Assembly (NCBI GenBank): GCA_046563655.1
Contig: CM102286.1
Coordinates: 7,936,001 to 8,000,000, forward strand
Direction: 5' to 3'
From: Yuukianura sp. NJ FZ-2021
Taxonomy: Eukaryota
DNA: 64,000 nucleotides
The notes under the pieces were generated by a model. That model saw only the letters and a list, made by a program, of their open reading frames with translations. It had not been told where the DNA came from and searched no databases. The translations under genes were made by a program, and so were the position numbers. Within the stretch, counting starts at the first letter, position 1, and the number at the start of each line of letters is the position of its first letter. This document shows positions 62,269 to 64,000 of the stretch, piece by piece.

Positions 62269-63421
62269 TTATTATAATAGCGAAGCTATTATTATAAAAG
62301 TGGTTTGTCTGTCCGTCTGTCCGTCTGTCCGTCCGTCCGTCTGTCCCGGAAAACATTAGAACGATTTTCTCCGGAACTATTGGACCAATTTCAACCGGGT
62401 TTTCACCAGTGACCATGTCATGACCCGGACCTATTCACTATTGAATATGACCCCCGTGGGTCAAATGCTTCCGGGTCAAAGGTCAAGGTCAACCGGTTTC
62501 ATCCCCGGTAACCCGGAAAATGACCTCTACAAAAGTTGTTCATCTCATCGAGACCAACAACTTTTGTGTACATCACTTGACCCCAAGTGACCTCCTTCCG
62601 GGTCAAAGGTCAACTTTTCAATTTTACATCCTGCTGTGAGGGAAGCTGTGGATCCACCACCATTCCCACGGGGGGGACCTGAAGGTGGGAAAGTGGGGTG
62701 AACACACCCCCACTCCCCCCGGGGGGGGGCGGGAAAGTGGGGGAACACACACCCCACTCCCCCCAGGGGGAGGGGACAGTGGGGGGAACCACCCCCTCTC
62801 CCCCCGGTGGGGGGCGGGACAGTGGGGGGAACCACCCCCTCTCCCCCCGGGGAACCACCCCCTCTCCCCCGGGGAACCACCCCCTCTCCCCCCGGGGAAC
62901 CACCCCCTCTCCCCCGGGGAACCACCCCCTCTCCCCCCGGGGAACCACCCCCTCTCCCCCGGGGAACCCACCCCCGCGCTCCCTGGGGTGCGGAGCAAAA
63001 AGTGCGGGGAACACCCCCACTCCCCCTGGGGGGCGGGAAATTGGGGGAACACCCCCCGCGCTCCCTGTGGTGCGGAGCAAAAAAGTGCGGGGAACACCCC
63101 CACTCCCCCTGGGGGGCGGGAAATTGGGGGAACACCCCCCGCGCTCCCTGTGGTGCGGAGCAAAAAAGTGCGGGGAACACCATCACTCCCCCGGGGGGGG
63201 GGGGGCGGAAAAGTGCGGGGAACACCCCCACTCTCCCGGGGGGGGCGGGAAAGTGGGGGGAACACACCCCCATTCCCCCGGGGGGGGGCGGGAAAGTGGC
63301 GGGAACACTCCTCCACTCCACCGAGCGGGGGGGGGGGCGGGGGAAAGTGGGGGGAACACATCCCCTTCGGGGGGCCCTATCTTCGCTATTATCATTATGG
63401 GCGGTTTACAACCGGTTTATT
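62269..63421 (+). mobile_element. Helentron-associated/DINE-1-like element with expanded G/C-run minisatellite (~62680-63375)
   Basis: Sub-TIR ATAATAGCGAAG / CTTCGCTATTAT, (GTCY)n microsatellite, core ATGACCTCTACAAAAGTTGTTC shared with 40464-41243, 3' CGGTTTACAACCG stem-loop. Confidence 0.7.
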
Positions 63422-64000
63422 TCCTTTCAACACCTACGGAAACGGAACCGTCTGAATCAAACTCATGTCATGTACCATTGTGCAACAGTGCATGTACGAG
63501 TACGTGCATTGCATTTAAATCTTCGATATCTCCTCTCGAGTCAACTTCTGGTGGGTAAACCTGTTCCAGTTCCTCCTTCATTCCAGTGTTTAGTGTAGAA
63601 TTCGCTGGAGGTCTGGTTCCTGTTTACCATCCACCACTTTTGTTGGATCCTCTGTGCATCCGATTTTTGAAAACCTGGACAGACGGCACGGCGACAACGA
63701 GGCAGGATTTAATCTGGAGTGTTGTACATAAAATCCGGAACTCACGTTAATCGTATTGACTGGAGTTAAAACCTTCTGAGCTGACGACATCACGTTGAAC
63801 AGCACCATATAGTAGTGGCGGCAGATCTCACGTCGTCTGGTTGGTTAGTTTGTCAACGTAATTCCATTAGCGTATAAAGGTTAGGTTGCTGTATACTGGA
63901 ACTGGAAATGAACAATCATCGTTTTGTTTGCTAGATAGAGGGAACAGCTGGACTTCAACACACACAAGAGTCGCTTCTCTTCCTTGTCTTTGATTGAAGT

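Noticed and set aside
62545..63598. Six long Pro/Gly-rich ORFs (collagen-like look)
   Set aside because: G/C minisatellite lacks stops in all frames and lies inside a repeat element.
63460..64000. Possible minus-strand exons at the window end
   Set aside because: Coding-like composition but no consistent frame or family could be established from this fragment.

Overview
AT-rich, intron-containing eukaryotic DNA, probably arthropod (inferred from TCAGT initiators, TTAGG tracts and short introns). Host genes read from the sequence: the last two exons of an unidentified gene, a SEC14/CRAL-TRIO gene, a PPP4R4-like HEAT-repeat gene (minus, 31680-16577), two tandem THAP paralogs, a protein with a linker-histone-like (H15) winged helix, a coiled-coil protein (possibly HAUS5-like), CMTR1, and MOCS2A/MOCS2B. 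Introns and spacers hold many non-autonomous DNA transposons (IS3EU-, MULE/Merlin-, P/hAT-, Tc1/mariner-, Harbinger- and Helentron/DINE-1-like). The main discovery candidate is a 5,034-bp miniature Maverick/Polinton-like element (18177-23210) inside a PPP4R4 intron. It has a 6-bp TSD (TACGTC), AGTAGAGT...ACTCTACT ends and near-identical ~1.33-kb TIRs, each carrying repeat arrays and a TATA+Inr promoter. These point inward at two intact convergent genes: a C2H2-zinc-finger-fused A32/FtsK-type packaging ATPase and an acidic-linker protein with QxGG motifs. No integrase, polymerase, capsid or protease is present, so it looks like a helper-dependent satellite of a Maverick. All protein and transposon family calls are by-eye motif recognition, not database searches.
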